A program made the position numbers and the translations under genes. DNA of 48,179 nt, the filler included, from Jimgerdemannia flammicorona (lineage: Eukaryota), in the NCBI GenBank assembly GCA_003990765.1. It is 2 parts of 2 records of this genome, joined end to end, with 100 filler letters (N's around TTAATTAATTAA, not from the genome) between each part and the next. Parts side by side here need not be neighbours in the genome. Positions count along the whole stretch, not along the records: positions 1 to 24,040 come from RBNJ01001026.1; positions 24,141 to 48,179 come from RBNJ01001027.1. One strand, 5' to 3'. Below the pieces are notes generated by a model that worked only from the letters and a program-made list of their open reading frames with translations, did no database searches and had not been told where the DNA came from. Shown here one piece after another: positions 14,719 through 25,899 of the stretch (its first letter is position 1; the number at the start of each line of letters is the position of its first letter).

Positions 14719-14831
14719 AACTCTGAAATGGTCCAGAACTAAGTAATACTTAGTCTCAGATAGATGAGGTACTATAGGTACTGAAGTCTATCTCAGACTT
14801 TGTAAGCTAGATAGAGAACTATGAGGAGTTG
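14719..14831 (+). repeat. DIRS internal complementary region (ICR)
   Basis: 14719-14755 is complementary to the left terminus 10447-10483; 14754-14831 is complementary to the right extension 15150-15227. Confidence 0.92.
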
Positions 14832-15022
14832 GTTTCTCTCCCTTCTCTCTCTATCTTATTTTTATTTACTGCTTTTCTTCATATCTTCTTCTCACTTCCA
14901 AATTTTACAAAAGATATTCTTCTCCTTCTCTCTTATCTTCCAGCCTTTCTTTTCTTTATTTTTCCTTTGGGATTTTTGGCTTATATGCCAAACCTTTCCT
15001 AGGCTAAGAGACAGACTCCAGA

Positions 15023-15155
15023 ATGTTTTATTGTTATTTTTACATATAAAATATCTCATATATATATCTTAGACAGATAGATTTGCAGATGTAAAACCAC
15101 TATGTTTAAGATAAATAAAGTATTCTAACACTTTCAGGATGGTATAAATCAACTC
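15023..15155 (-). repeat. DIRS right inverted terminal repeat, followed by right extension 15156-15227
   Basis: Inverted copy of 10479-10611. Confidence 0.92.
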
Positions 15156-17819
15156 CTCATAGTTCTCTACCAAGCTTGTAAAGTCTGGGACAGACTTTGA
15201 TATCTATAGTACCTCATTTATCTAAGAAATGGGTGCTTTACAATCAGATATCCTGAAGCACAGATAATACTATTAGCAGATATTGATCCCAATATTGTAG
15301 TTATTACAGGTCTTATTGATAACATTCTTGAGAGGTTTGTTGGTCCTTTCTGCTTATTTATTTCTCTGAGAGTAATAGGCTATAGTCTGAATGTTCTAGA
15401 TACTGTACTTCTTAAAGAGAACCTCAAAAAACTGGTTCATGAATTCTGTTCCTCTGTCTGTAGTTACTTATAATGGGGTCTTGAATCAGCAGATGATTTT
15501 TTGTAGAAAAAATCAGAAATTGACTGTGTATTATCTCCTTTGAGAGGTCCTGCCTCTATTTATTTTGTAAAAAGGTGTTGATGATAATAATATATTAATT
15601 GCCAGTCAAAGTCAAGAATAGAGGGCCAATTACATTTATTGCAATATATACAAAGAGTACTGGTTCTGTGTGCTAATCTGGGGTTTTGATTTCATTGGTC
15701 TTATTTCTGTTTTTAATATTTATTACAGTTCTTGATAAATTATCTAATATCTTTCTCTATTCCTGGTCACTACATTGTTCTTCTTACTTTATCATATATA
15801 TTTATTCCTCCTAGATGACCAAGTTTATATACTGATTTCATTACTTGCTCCTTCTTGTGTTTGGGTATGATAAGTAGCTTTCCTTTTTTTAGTATTTCTC
15901 CATCAGTCTCAAATTGCTTCTATGTTCTGTTGATAATTATTTGTATCAATTTTTTTTAGATATTGAGGCATCTTTTGCTATCTCAGGTAGATAATAATAC
16001 TGTAGAAGAGTTCTTTATTCATAGTTGATTTACTAGTTAGAAGTCCTTCAGAGTATCTTTAAGAGAGTATCTGCATTGGTATTAGTTCTTTCAGAGTAGT
16101 GTACAATGATTATATTATAGGCTTGCAACTTTATTATCCATCTGACATAGATTCCTTTGGATTGCTCAGTGATCAGTAGTCAAGTGAGAGTTGAGTAGTC
16201 TATCTGAAAAGTAAAGTATCTTCTGATAAGATAGTAGTGGAACTTTCAACAGTCCAGATAACTGCAAGATATTCCAACTTATAGGATTCATACTCTTTTT
16301 CAGCTTCTTAAGATCCTTAGCTGAGATATGTAATGATATATTCTACTTTGTCTTTCTTTAGAGCCCAGACTACTTTTAGTCCTTGTGTACTTACATCTGT
16401 TTGCAGGATAAATTCTTGAATTTAATTAGGTCTTCTGAGAATAGGTGCTTAGATCGGTCTGATCTTAAGTTTATCAAATGCTTTGTATTGTCTACCAGTC
16501 CATTGGAACTTTATATCATTCTTATTGAGTTTGTAGATTGAGTCTGTAATGTTGGAAAATCCTTTGATAAATATACTATAGTATGAGGTACATCCTATGA
16601 AGGCTTGGGCTTTAGTGACAGTAGTGGGTCTTAGATATACTATTACTGCCTAAATCTTGAGAAGGTCTATATATATTCTATCTTAGTTGATAATATAGCT
16701 AAGATAGGAGATCTCAATTTCTGTGAAATTGTACTTCTTGGACTTAATGTATAGGACATGCTTTCTTAGCTTCTCTATTATCTACTAGATATACTGCAGA
16801 TGTTCTTCAGCTATTTTACTGTAGATGATAATATTATTTATATAAACTATCATCCATCTTCCTATATTTTAGCAGAAGATTTTGTTTATTATTTACTGAA
16901 AGCTTGCTGATGTATTACACATTCTAAATAGTATTTGCAAGTAGACATAGGTTCTATCTAGAGTGATGAAGACTGATTTTTTACTTGCTGCTTCTGTAAG
17001 GTCAATTTGATAGAATTCTGTATATAAGTCCAAAGTGCTATAGTACTGTACTTTATCTTCTAAGATTATACAAATGTTGCTTATGAGAGATAGTGGCTGG
17101 CAATTCTTCTTGGTAACTAGGTTGAGGTTTCTGTAATTAGTGTAGAGTCTTGGAGTGAATTCTCCTAGCTTTTTTTTTTTTTTTTCAGAACTAATATAAC
17201 TGGTGAACCCCAAGGACTGCTGGCTTCTTTGATGATACTGGCTTCTTCTATCTGCTTGATTTCTTCTCTGAGCCATTCATAGTAGGCTGATAGTATTGGG
17301 CTTACTTTTTGGTAGATTGGTTCAGTATTCTCTATATCTATATTATAATAGTAGTATAGAGTCTTCTCTTGATATTATTGAAGTCTGTGGCTAGGACATT
17401 CTCAATTTCATAAAGTATCTTCTTGAGTTCCTTCTTGAGTGAGAATTTATCTCTAATAGTATAGCTATACTTATTTGTAGTTTTCTCCTTCTTGTATTCT
17501 AGTTTGGTAATCTTATTACTAGTAAATAATCCTCTTTCTATAGATCCAAATCCTTTCTTTTCTCTTTCTGTTTTCTTCAACTTCTTGACCTCCATGATCT
17601 TTGGCTAAAGAACTAGAAAGATCAACATCTGGGTCAATTGATCCTTCTTCTTAATTGAAAATAGAATTGTAGAGTTATAGTTTCTAGCAATGAGTAGTAT
17701 CTCTTTAATATAATCTAAATCAATGACTCCTTCTTCAATTGTAATCTCACTCTTAGCCAGGCTACTTCTTATCTTGAGGATTCTAACATAGTCTTTTGGA
17801 ATGGTTATCTCCAGATCAT

Positions 17820-17911
17820 AAGGCTATACTATATTTGGGAATCAGATTCAGGTACTGTGATCAAATGTCTATTCCCCTGATTCATGTTCCTAATTCGGAT
17901 CAACCGTCACA
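17820..17911 (-). repeat. Partial LTR (outer 92 bp) of the A/B family, abutting the F-box pseudogene
   Basis: Matches 7663-7754 mostly by transitions; ends ACCGTCACA. Confidence 0.88.
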
Positions 17912-18721
17912 GGACAGACATGAATTTCTCATCTCATCGACGATATCTCTTTCGTCACAATTCGCGCCGTTCTGATGGAACCTGAATCTTCTTAACTGTG
18001 GCCAGAAATTGAATAGGGAGAGCAGTTAACTATCTTTAACGTTTTCGAGAAACGCACATGGAGCTGGGTGCATCGGAGGTTACTACAGACCCATCCAGAC
18101 ACACGGTGGTGAGACAGAGCATTGTGAAGGTGGCGGATTATGAGGAGATAAAGCTGGCCACCGAGTGATGACCGTTGAAACCCTTGATTTCGAGTGTGGT
18201 GATCGTCGGAGGCGTCAGAAGTTTATGTGATGGAAAGAGGTATGGGTGGTCACGTTGGAGGAGGCCGACTAACTACCAGGATTTTGAGATGGGATAGGAT
18301 GGGAGGGCAGAGGGCCAGGATGGCCGCCAATCCTTTGTGATCTTGATGGATTGTGGGTGTGGCAAGGGAATAGAAGTCAATTATTGTCTTCTTTATCAAG
18401 GTAAAACAGTTGAGTCCGTACTTTTGCGCTTCCGCAAGTAGCTCGGATATTCGATTGATATTGGTGGTCACCGTTCCAATTTCCAATAGTACGGTGAACA
18501 TGGCTTCGCAGAATAGTTCGGGGGCCTCGTCGTTCCAAGTTGTGAAACCAACGAGCAGGCAAACAGTGCGAGGAATGGACGTGAAAGGGAGGGGCTATGA
18601 CCCAGAGGCGTACTTCCTACTTGAAATAGATAAGCACCTCGCGTACAAGTTCGGGCGGTAAACGCAGGTATTCACGGTTTTGAGCAAGAGAAATGTTGGT
18701 GTCGTTCGGCGTGGAAGCCAT
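17912..18721 (-). pseudogene. F-box/LRR-like pseudogene, paralog of 20595-21587
   Basis: MASTPNDTNISLAQNREYLRLPPELVREVLIYFK* (stop 18617-18619), frameshifts, then NINRISELLAEAQKYGL and LLSLFNFWPQLRRF...EMRNSCLS, cut by the LTR at 17911. Confidence 0.88.
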
Positions 18722-19611
18722 TTGAAGAAGAGAGACAATAGTTGGGGTGCTGCGGCTGTTGTCAATTTCTCATTTTGCACGTGGCCTACGACATAGGATT
18801 ACCAACATTACCATGGCAACTTGAAGCTTGCCGCAGTGGCTATCAATTTACTATTTTGGCGCAAATTGAAGTAGGTTCATGTTGAATACGTTCCCTCAAG
18901 GAAATGTAGGATTTTTCTGTTCCCTATCAAAAACAGTTTGACGAGAATTTACATCATATAAATCTCGTTAATAGTAGTAGCCGCCGACCCTTTGAATGCT
19001 AAAGCTACAGTGTAAACTTGGATAAGTGAAGAATGCGCGTAAACTTTTGTAGAGGTAGCCATAGGCCGTGCCAATTTTTCCTGTCCCTAAAATGGGTTCC
19101 CCAAGGACTATGGGAAAGTTTTTTTATCAATATGTTATTGGTAAAATACGGTTCAATTACCGATGATGATAGGCCTCGCCTAGCGCCCGTCTGAGAACTA
19201 CCCTTCCCCGTGCGGGGATGTGTAAAATAACAAAAACTAAGAGCAAAAACAACAATCTGCTGGGCTAGGGGGCAAAAAAAAAAGAAAAAAAAATAAACGG
19301 AAATTTGGCTAACCTGTTCCTCGCATCCGTCTAGTGTGGTCATTATCCTCACCCGACCCGCTACTTATTTTTTCCTCATATATACATAGGAGAATTTAAT
19401 TCAATAACTACCAGCTTTTTTCAGGATCTCGCCGGAAGCCTCATCTGAATGTAGGATTAGCCTCGTTCCCGCCACACTGAACCCACCGGTCTAATAAATA
19501 AAAAATAAAAAAATCACGTCTCCTCTAATGGGAGTAATTTGAAATATTTTTTTTTTTTATGATGGCGTGCAACCAAAACAAGTGCTTGACAAATCTCGCT
19601 TGAAGTCTCTC

Positions 19612-19772
19612 CATGTCTTGCGCGGCTTGCTGCTTGCGGCTTACGGCTTGCGTGTTCCGCGGCTTGCGTCTTGCGGCTTACGGCTTGCGTCTTGCGCCGC
19701 TTTGCGGCTTGCGACCTGCGAATTAGGCGGCTCGAGCTTGCGGCTAGTTCGTCTGATGGCTTGTCGCTTGTC
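19612..19772. repeat. Degenerate 7-bp (GCGGCTT/GCGTCTT)n array
   Basis: CTTGCGGCTTACGGCTTGCG... repeated many times. Confidence 0.8.
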
Positions 19773-20594
19773 GCCAAATAAAGCGGTCTGTTGCTCGGAT
19801 TAATCGCGACGCTTTTACGAGTATATTCAACACAAAGCGATTTATACGGGCTTTGGGAGTAACGGTGAATACGAGATTCCGTGGCGGTGTCTACCATATT
19901 TTAAAGGTTCGTGGACGCTGGTATTTTCTCAGGCGTCGACGCTATTTAGTTACGATCTTCGGCGTTAATCTCGGTTAGGAGTTAGTGTCTGTCTTAGGTG
20001 TCAATTTTGGGCGCTCGCGCTCCATTACACACCGCACGCTTTTATTTTAAGTGTGTATCAATAATCCGATACACCTACGAATTGCAATTCTTGGCTAACA
20101 CTACAAAGCTCGTTGTATGGACGTAAAGCCGTTTGCGAGAGATGTAGGTGCCGATGGCTTTCACAAGCGGAAATGGCCGACGGCGATTGCATTTGATGGC
20201 TGCCACGCGGTTGCTAATTTTATTATTACATTTATCACGAACACAGTCTACATCCCTAGTCAAGCTCACCGCCATTGTGAATGGAACCTCCAACCGTTGC
20301 TCTCCCAAATCGCAGCGTAATCAGTATTACCGGCATTCTGGTTAAAATATTTTCGTGGCAAAATGTGTCGAGTTACGGGTATTATCTATGCTATTTGAAG
20401 AAGCGAATGCAACACAGGGTTATATTTCTCCCAGATTATTTACTGAACAGCATTTCCACTATCTACTTTAATTTCCTTGTGTGACAATTCTTTAAACAAA
20501 CACGTGCCCTACAGATAAGTAACGTTTCAGTGGTCCACGTGTAAAATGGTAAATTGACAACAGCCGTCGCACCCCAACGATTGTTTCCCTTCTT

Positions 20595-21587
20595 ATGGCT
20601 TCCACTCGGAGCGAAAACAATTCCCCTCTTTATCTCAACTATGAATACCCTCGCTTGCTACCTGAACTGGTACGCGAGGTGTTTATCCATGTCGAGGCGG
20701 AAGTCAACCCCTGGAGCCCCTACCCTTCCGGGGCATTCCTTGACCTCTTTGCCTGCTCGTTGGTTTGCACAACCTGGAACGACGAGGCTCGCAAACTGCT
20801 CACTGAGAAAACGTTCTCTGTGCTATATAGCTATGGGTTGATAGGGGCCATCAACATCAATCGGTTGGCGGAGCTACTCACGGAAGCACACAAATATGGA
20901 CTCCACTATCGTGCCTTGATAAGGAAGGTGTTTATTCCCTCCCCCACCGGCGCACCCGAATTCTCTCAAGCTATCCAAGGCTTGGCGACCATCTTGGCTC
21001 TCCATCCACCGAATCTTTCCCATCTCGCCATCGGAATGCATACAAGCAAGCCGCCCTCCAACGTGGACGTCAATGCTATTTTCGACAGCATCAAACCCCT
21101 GACGCCCCCGACAATTACCACCCTCGACATCAGCGGCTCTACTGGTTATCATTCGGTCGCTAGATTCATCTCCTCCCAATCCGCCACCCTAACAGCCCTC
21201 CGCCTCTCCTCCATGTGTCTGGATGGGCCAATGTCGTCCGCACTACGCCTTTGCACCCAACTTCGTGTGCTGTTCCTCGACAATGTTGAGGATGGCGAAC
21301 TGCTTTCCCTGTTCCGCTTCTGGCCAGAGTTAAGGATGTTCGACTTCCTTCAGTACAGTGCAGGTTGCAGCACCACCGAAATCGCCGGCGAGATGAAACA
21401 ATGGTGCCCTTATATAACGAATTTCACATATGCTTGCAGTACCGCTAATATGATGGGGTTAGGACACTTCAACATCATCTGGGTTCGCGAAGGAAGTCCG
21501 AACGATGTGTTGACAGAGATTGATACAGATTATTTTATGGATAGGTACATAGTGGAACAACAATTCAAATTCATTCTTAGTATGTAA
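20595..21587 (+). CDS. F-box-like protein with C-terminal leucine-rich (RNI-like) region, 330 aa, intronless as predicted
   Basis: Intact ORF in CpG-rich DNA; LLPELVREVF...LFACSLVCTTW F-box-like motif; LxxLxL segments (ITTLDIS, LTALRLS, LRVLFLD); paralog nearby. Confidence 0.8.
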   Translation: MASTRSENNSPLYLNYEYPRLLPELVREVFIHVEAEVNPWSPYPSGAFLDLFACSLVCTTWNDEARKLLTEKTFSVLYSYGLIGAININRLAELLTEAHKYGLHYRALIRKVFIPSPTGAPEFSQAIQGLATILALHPPNLSHLAIGMHTSKPPSNVDVNAIFDSIKPLTPPTITTLDISGSTGYHSVARFISSQSATLTALRLSSMCLDGPMSSALRLCTQLRVLFLDNVEDGELLSLFRFWPELRMFDFLQYSAGCSTTEIAGEMKQWCPYITNFTYACSTANMMGLGHFNIIWVREGSPNDVLTEIDTDYFMDRYIVEQQFKFILSM

Positions 21588-21915
21588 TATCATTGCAAGA
21601 ATTATTGGGATCCAAGGCTGTAATTTCCCTATAGTTATTTATTGCAACACTATACGTTCACTCGGTTGTCGGTCAAAATCGAGCCGTCAGTAGCTTTTTA
21701 TGGTATTATTTTATAAAGTATTCTCGTAACTCCTCCCATCACAACAAAGCAGAAGTTAATGCTGGCCACAAGTAACACAATATCGCAGAGGAAAATAATA
21801 TTGTGATATATTTTGTGGTGTGAATATCTTAAAAAGGTCAGAGTTAATATTCCAGAAGGAGAAATGTTAAGGACGGGTCCTGAATTTTTTACTGTGTTTC
21901 CATCAGACCAAAAAT

Positions 21916-22570
21916 CTAAAATTTATCGGATCGGCCAAATGGGACGTGGCGTATTTCGTGTGTCTTAACGATTTCAGGATCAACGATCGACAATCTTGGC
22001 GCGAAATCATTGGCGGAATGTTCTAGGGTGGCGCGGTCAATAGACAAAAACATCAAAACGTCCGCCTTATTGCCACTTTCGACCTCGTAAAGAACAAAGA
22101 CGCCTCTTGCAAAGTTTCGGGGAAAGACCCAAAGCGACATCACGGAGTACTTCCCCTGAACAGTCCAAACCAGTCGCAATATTGTATCAGACAATAATGG
22201 AATGGGGCCCAATTGGAGCACGCGCTATTGTTAACGGACCGCCATACACGCGTCTGTGGCTCAGGTGTTTAACCACCTGTCCTCACAAGGTCGAGATCCG
22301 ATCTACACCTTCCGCGGATGCGCTGAAACTGGTCGCTATCTTCATGAGAGCAAAACTCGAAAGGTGTGCTGTCAATCCCGGCGATATCGCAAACAACACG
22401 AACACATGCCAGTCTTCTACCCCGCCTGCCAAGTAGGTGTTTTCCCTATCCGGCTCATTATATGAACCGTTCCTCAAATTTGTTGAGGACCTCCGACGCT
22501 GACGTAGTTTGTATGGTGACATTATCGTCGAAAACGTCGACTTGTATGTAAAAAGCTCTGCATTCCGTTG
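21916..22570 (-). pseudogene. Possible fragmented or spliced gene of unknown family
   Basis: Protein-like minus-strand pieces (ECRAFYIQVDVFDDNVTIQTTSASEVLNKFEERFI; ILRLVWTVQGKYSVMSLWVFPRNF...RSDKF*) in CpG-rich DNA; no recognised domain. Confidence 0.3.
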
Positions 22571-23581
22571 TCAGGACAACGCTAAGCCTGCCGAACTCCT
22601 CTTGTATTCAAAAGGTAGGTGGGGCACAAAATGTCCCACGTAATTTCCTTGGACGAAAAGGGTGTTGAAGTGATCACACTCTCCAAACCGTCTCTATTTT
22701 GTCGTTCGAGGTCATTGCATTATTAGAACGCAATTTTGGAGTCGGGGAATTCCTCGAGTGTATTAATCTGGCGTCATTTTGTTCGGTTTTCTTTGTCCCT
22801 CATAGTAAATCTTCGTTGAATGTCGATTGTTCTGTCTAACGCCTGTTTAAAGAACTTGAACCTCGGCACGGAAACCTATCCCGTTCACAATGATGAGCGG
22901 AAATGCAACTGGAGCTGAAGAATTGGAAGTTGAAGACTCTGATCGAGAGAGTGACGGTGAGGAAGGTCGGAGGATGGCGTTTGAAATTAGCACAAGGGTG
23001 AGGATCGGAAACCGATCTCTCTATATACCTGTATATAATTTATTTCGTAGCTTAACCTCCATCAGATAATTAAAATATACGTTTCGATAGAAATACCTCT
23101 TTTCCTAATAAATATGCGAAATTTACTGTAGCACAACAACGCCTTGGCGAAGTAATTGACAAGGGTTCCAAGTATTCGGGGCTCTAACAGAAATGTTAGC
23201 ATGACACCACCGCCGAAGACTTCGATAATGAAAGAATCTCCATGGGCGATCGAAAACTGCGAACACATCTATGTATTGTCTTACATACTGGTGTAGACGA
23301 TCAATCGCAATAATGAATCGTAGAATGTTGAACTAGAAGTAATAATTAATCATAAAATACAGCGCGACCGATGAGCGCAAATTAGCAATTAACTTCAGAA
23401 AGACGGTTGACTACAAAAATGTAAAACGTTGATTATCGCGGGAAATATTTCACTAGATTCCACGCTGAATAAATCATGTAAACATATCATATACAACAAT
23501 AAGGGGGATACCACATATTTTCCGTTCATGCCTCCAATTACTCTCTGCGCCCCACAAATACCCAGCTCCTACCCCCGGCAC

Positions 23582-23732
23582 CAACACCCCTTCTCTTCAT
23601 CGCCCCGCACACGCACATCAATACCCTTCTTATCGCCTCGCACACGCATATCGACACCCCTGCTCATCGTCTCGCACACGCACACTAACACCCTTGCTCC
23701 TAATCGCCCCGCACAAACACACCAACACTCCT
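23582..23732. repeat. ~30-33 bp minisatellite (ACCCYTGCTCATCGCCYCGCACACGCACA-like), about 4 copies
   Basis: ATCGYCYCGCACA recurs at ~23599, 23632, 23666 and 23703. Confidence 0.75.
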
Positions 23733-24040
23733 GGCCCTCACCTTCCGGCTCATCCATATCAGACCCACTCCTCACCATCTTGCACACCGTATTTCATATC
23801 TTCCACATCCCATGCGCGGCCCTCCATATCATACATATTGTTATTATTATTATTATGTATTATTATTTGCCTTTCGAGTTTTAAATATATATATTTATAT
23901 ATAGGTAATAGTTTACCACCTCACGTGTTCCGAATTTTTCCAATCGAGCGACTCTGAAAGATCTCTGTGTCCAACAAAACAAAGTGAGCATGAAACTCTT
24001 GACGTGCAATATCCTTCTGTCCCGCCCCCCCGCCCCCCCC

Positions 24041-24140
24041 NNNNNNNNNNNNNNNNNNNNNNNNNNNNNNNNNNNNNNNNNNNNTTAATTAATTAANNNN
24101 NNNNNNNNNNNNNNNNNNNNNNNNNNNNNNNNNNNNNNNN
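24041..24140. other. Assembly gap with artificial TTAATTAATTAA spacer
   Basis: N-run with a six-frame-stop linker in the middle. Confidence 0.95.
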
Positions 24141-25139
24141 AAGCACTGCCCCCCCATTAACTTAGGCTAGCTATTGTCCAGCAGCTTGACTATGCCAGAT
24201 GCAGCAGGGCTGATAAGCCTGCACCTCATTCTGCACACCATGCTCTCCCTACCACCAGGGGAAACCCAACCATATGCCAACGACCGAAAGCGCATGCCTG
24301 AGAACCCAACGTATGTACAAGACCACGCTCGAGCCGAATAGAATAGCCTCTGCCACCCCAAAGAGAATGACAGGCAAAAAAAAACCCTCATCAAAGCACA
24401 ATACAGTGGGTAGGGCCTGGTTCTCCCAGTCAAGGTGAGTAAAGGACTTATACGTAAGGCGGAAGGAAACCCCCAATACCCCACTACTCAAGCCTGCGGG
24501 CCTCGATCACGTTGCCATGTCAGCTCCCAGTTCCAGTTGAGTGCAGCCAAGACGCCTGAAATAGGTAGCCTTGGGCCTCCTAACCCCCCCTGACAACTGG
24601 GGCCCAACCCTGCTGACCACCAAAAGAAGCCGATAGTGACACCTACCACCTAACCATGCTACACCAATCAAAAGGCCCCACTGAAGCAGCACCTGCCCCA
24701 GCCCCGATGACTGCCCCCAGCCTGGCACCCTACTGGTTCACCGTAATCGCCCTTCCACTTATCTGTGATGGCCATCTCCCCTCCCATCCTGACAATACCT
24801 GAAAAGCAGTCACCTACGCCAGAACCATGCTCGCCGGGAAGCTCGCCAAAGCCAGAGGGCCCCACCACAGGCACCAAGGACCTGCAGGTAACCTACACTG
24901 AGCACTTGATGCCCAAGGTCGGCCGACTCCCTACGTAGCCCGAGACATACTGAGACAACTCCTTGTTGGCGACAGCAAAAGGAAGAAGGCACCGCACCAA
25001 AACGGGTACACCCCAGATGCAGCTGAAGACACCAGAATTCATGAAAAAGTGGAGGAAGCACTGATCCGACACTAATAAAGGGGCAACTCATCACTATTAC
25101 CCTCCTCCCACCATGCCCCTGCAGACACAGCAAACCAAC

Positions 25140-25853
25140 CTGAGGTAGAGGGGGTAATATTAGGGGAAAGGAGACTTGGAAGGTCACCTACCAAACCTTG
25201 TAACCAGTAAGGTAGTGGAGAAAGGAGCAGTAATGCTCAACTTCCACTCAGATTATCTTATCAAGGGGAGTTGCTTCGACTGTGAGAAGTACCACAATAT
25301 AGAACAGGAAGGGAGATACATGCAGACACCTGAACATTGGCTAGGAGAGTGTGAGATACTTAGTAACTTTTGGCAGATAGTTGGGAATCATTTAGGGGTA
25401 GTATATCAGAGAGATGGTGTACAGGGTTAGTGGGAGTATTTGAGAGATAGACTGGTGGGGGGGGTGGGAAAGGAGTGGCTTACCTTAGGCTGAGTTTTGG
25501 CAATTTGGGTGGGGCTGGCCAGTTACTGGCTATTTGTTTTTGAAGATGAGAGGAGACTGGGCTTGGGAGATCAGTTGTTGCATTGACATAGCCTTATGGA
25601 AGACACCTTGACAGGCTGGTAGCTTGGTTGGGGGCTGTAGAGTAGTCAAAGATATCATTTAGTGGAGAAGATCTGTAGGCAGAGTAGGAGGAGGATGGGA
25701 GTAGTGGGTGAGATAGTGGTCTTTATTCATGATGATGTAGAGAGAGGCTCCTCTATAGGGATCAGATAGTGGGAGGAGATACTGTAAACTTATTAATAGA
25801 CTAGTAATAAATGGTAGAGTTCAAGTGACTGTAAAAATATATATATATATAAA
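25140..25853 (+). mobile_element. L1-like LINE 3' end (ORF2 C-terminal zinc knuckle and tail)
   Basis: CFDCEK...QTPEHWLGECEILSNFW fits CxxC...ETxxHxxxxC...W (zf-RVT); followed by W-rich decayed coding sequence and an A/(TA)n tail. The 5' boundary is uncertain. Confidence 0.7.
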
Positions 25854-25899
25854 TAGCTTGCAAACAATAGGCAAATATAAGATAGAATTTCTAAAAAAG

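Larger units (their letters stand above)
10447..15227 (+). mobile_element. DIRS1-like tyrosine-recombinase retrotransposon, structurally complete but decayed
   Basis: gag-like ~10700-11600; RT (HFKIEG, KIDIKDAY, YINDI) ~11900-12550; RNase H (D[V]SNYKWG, IQMDN) ~12880-13250; methyltransferase-like (DAF...YINPP) ~13320-13560; YR (YPHSI*T...WTTFKYYYH) ~13650-14590; ITRs and ICR present. Confidence 0.93.
9086..17911 (-). mobile_element. Ty3/gypsy copy B (related to A): 3' LTR, PPT, extra ORF, integrase split by DIRS, RNase H, RT; gag and protease deleted
   Basis: 15228-17818 aligns by eye with 2430-5027 of copy A, and 10140-10430 with 2140-2430. RT motif DLYTEFYQI at ~17000-17035. Sequence jumps into an LTR tail at ~17819. 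Confidence 0.9.

Noticed and set aside
15182..15196. AGTCTGGGACAGACT shared by the DIRS extension and the gypsy pre-PPT region (~36693)
   Set aside because: A single 15-mer match is near chance level for a window this size; the flanks are unrelated.
19006..19030. pogo/Tc1-like TIR start (TACAGTGTAAACTTGGATAAG)
   Set aside because: No inverted partner found in the window.
19514..20484. Short ORFs in the intergenic region
   Set aside because: Driven by the heptamer repeat or high GC; no motifs.
24085..24096. TTAATTAATTAA palindrome inside the N-run
   Set aside because: Artificial scaffold spacer; adjacency across the gap is unverified.
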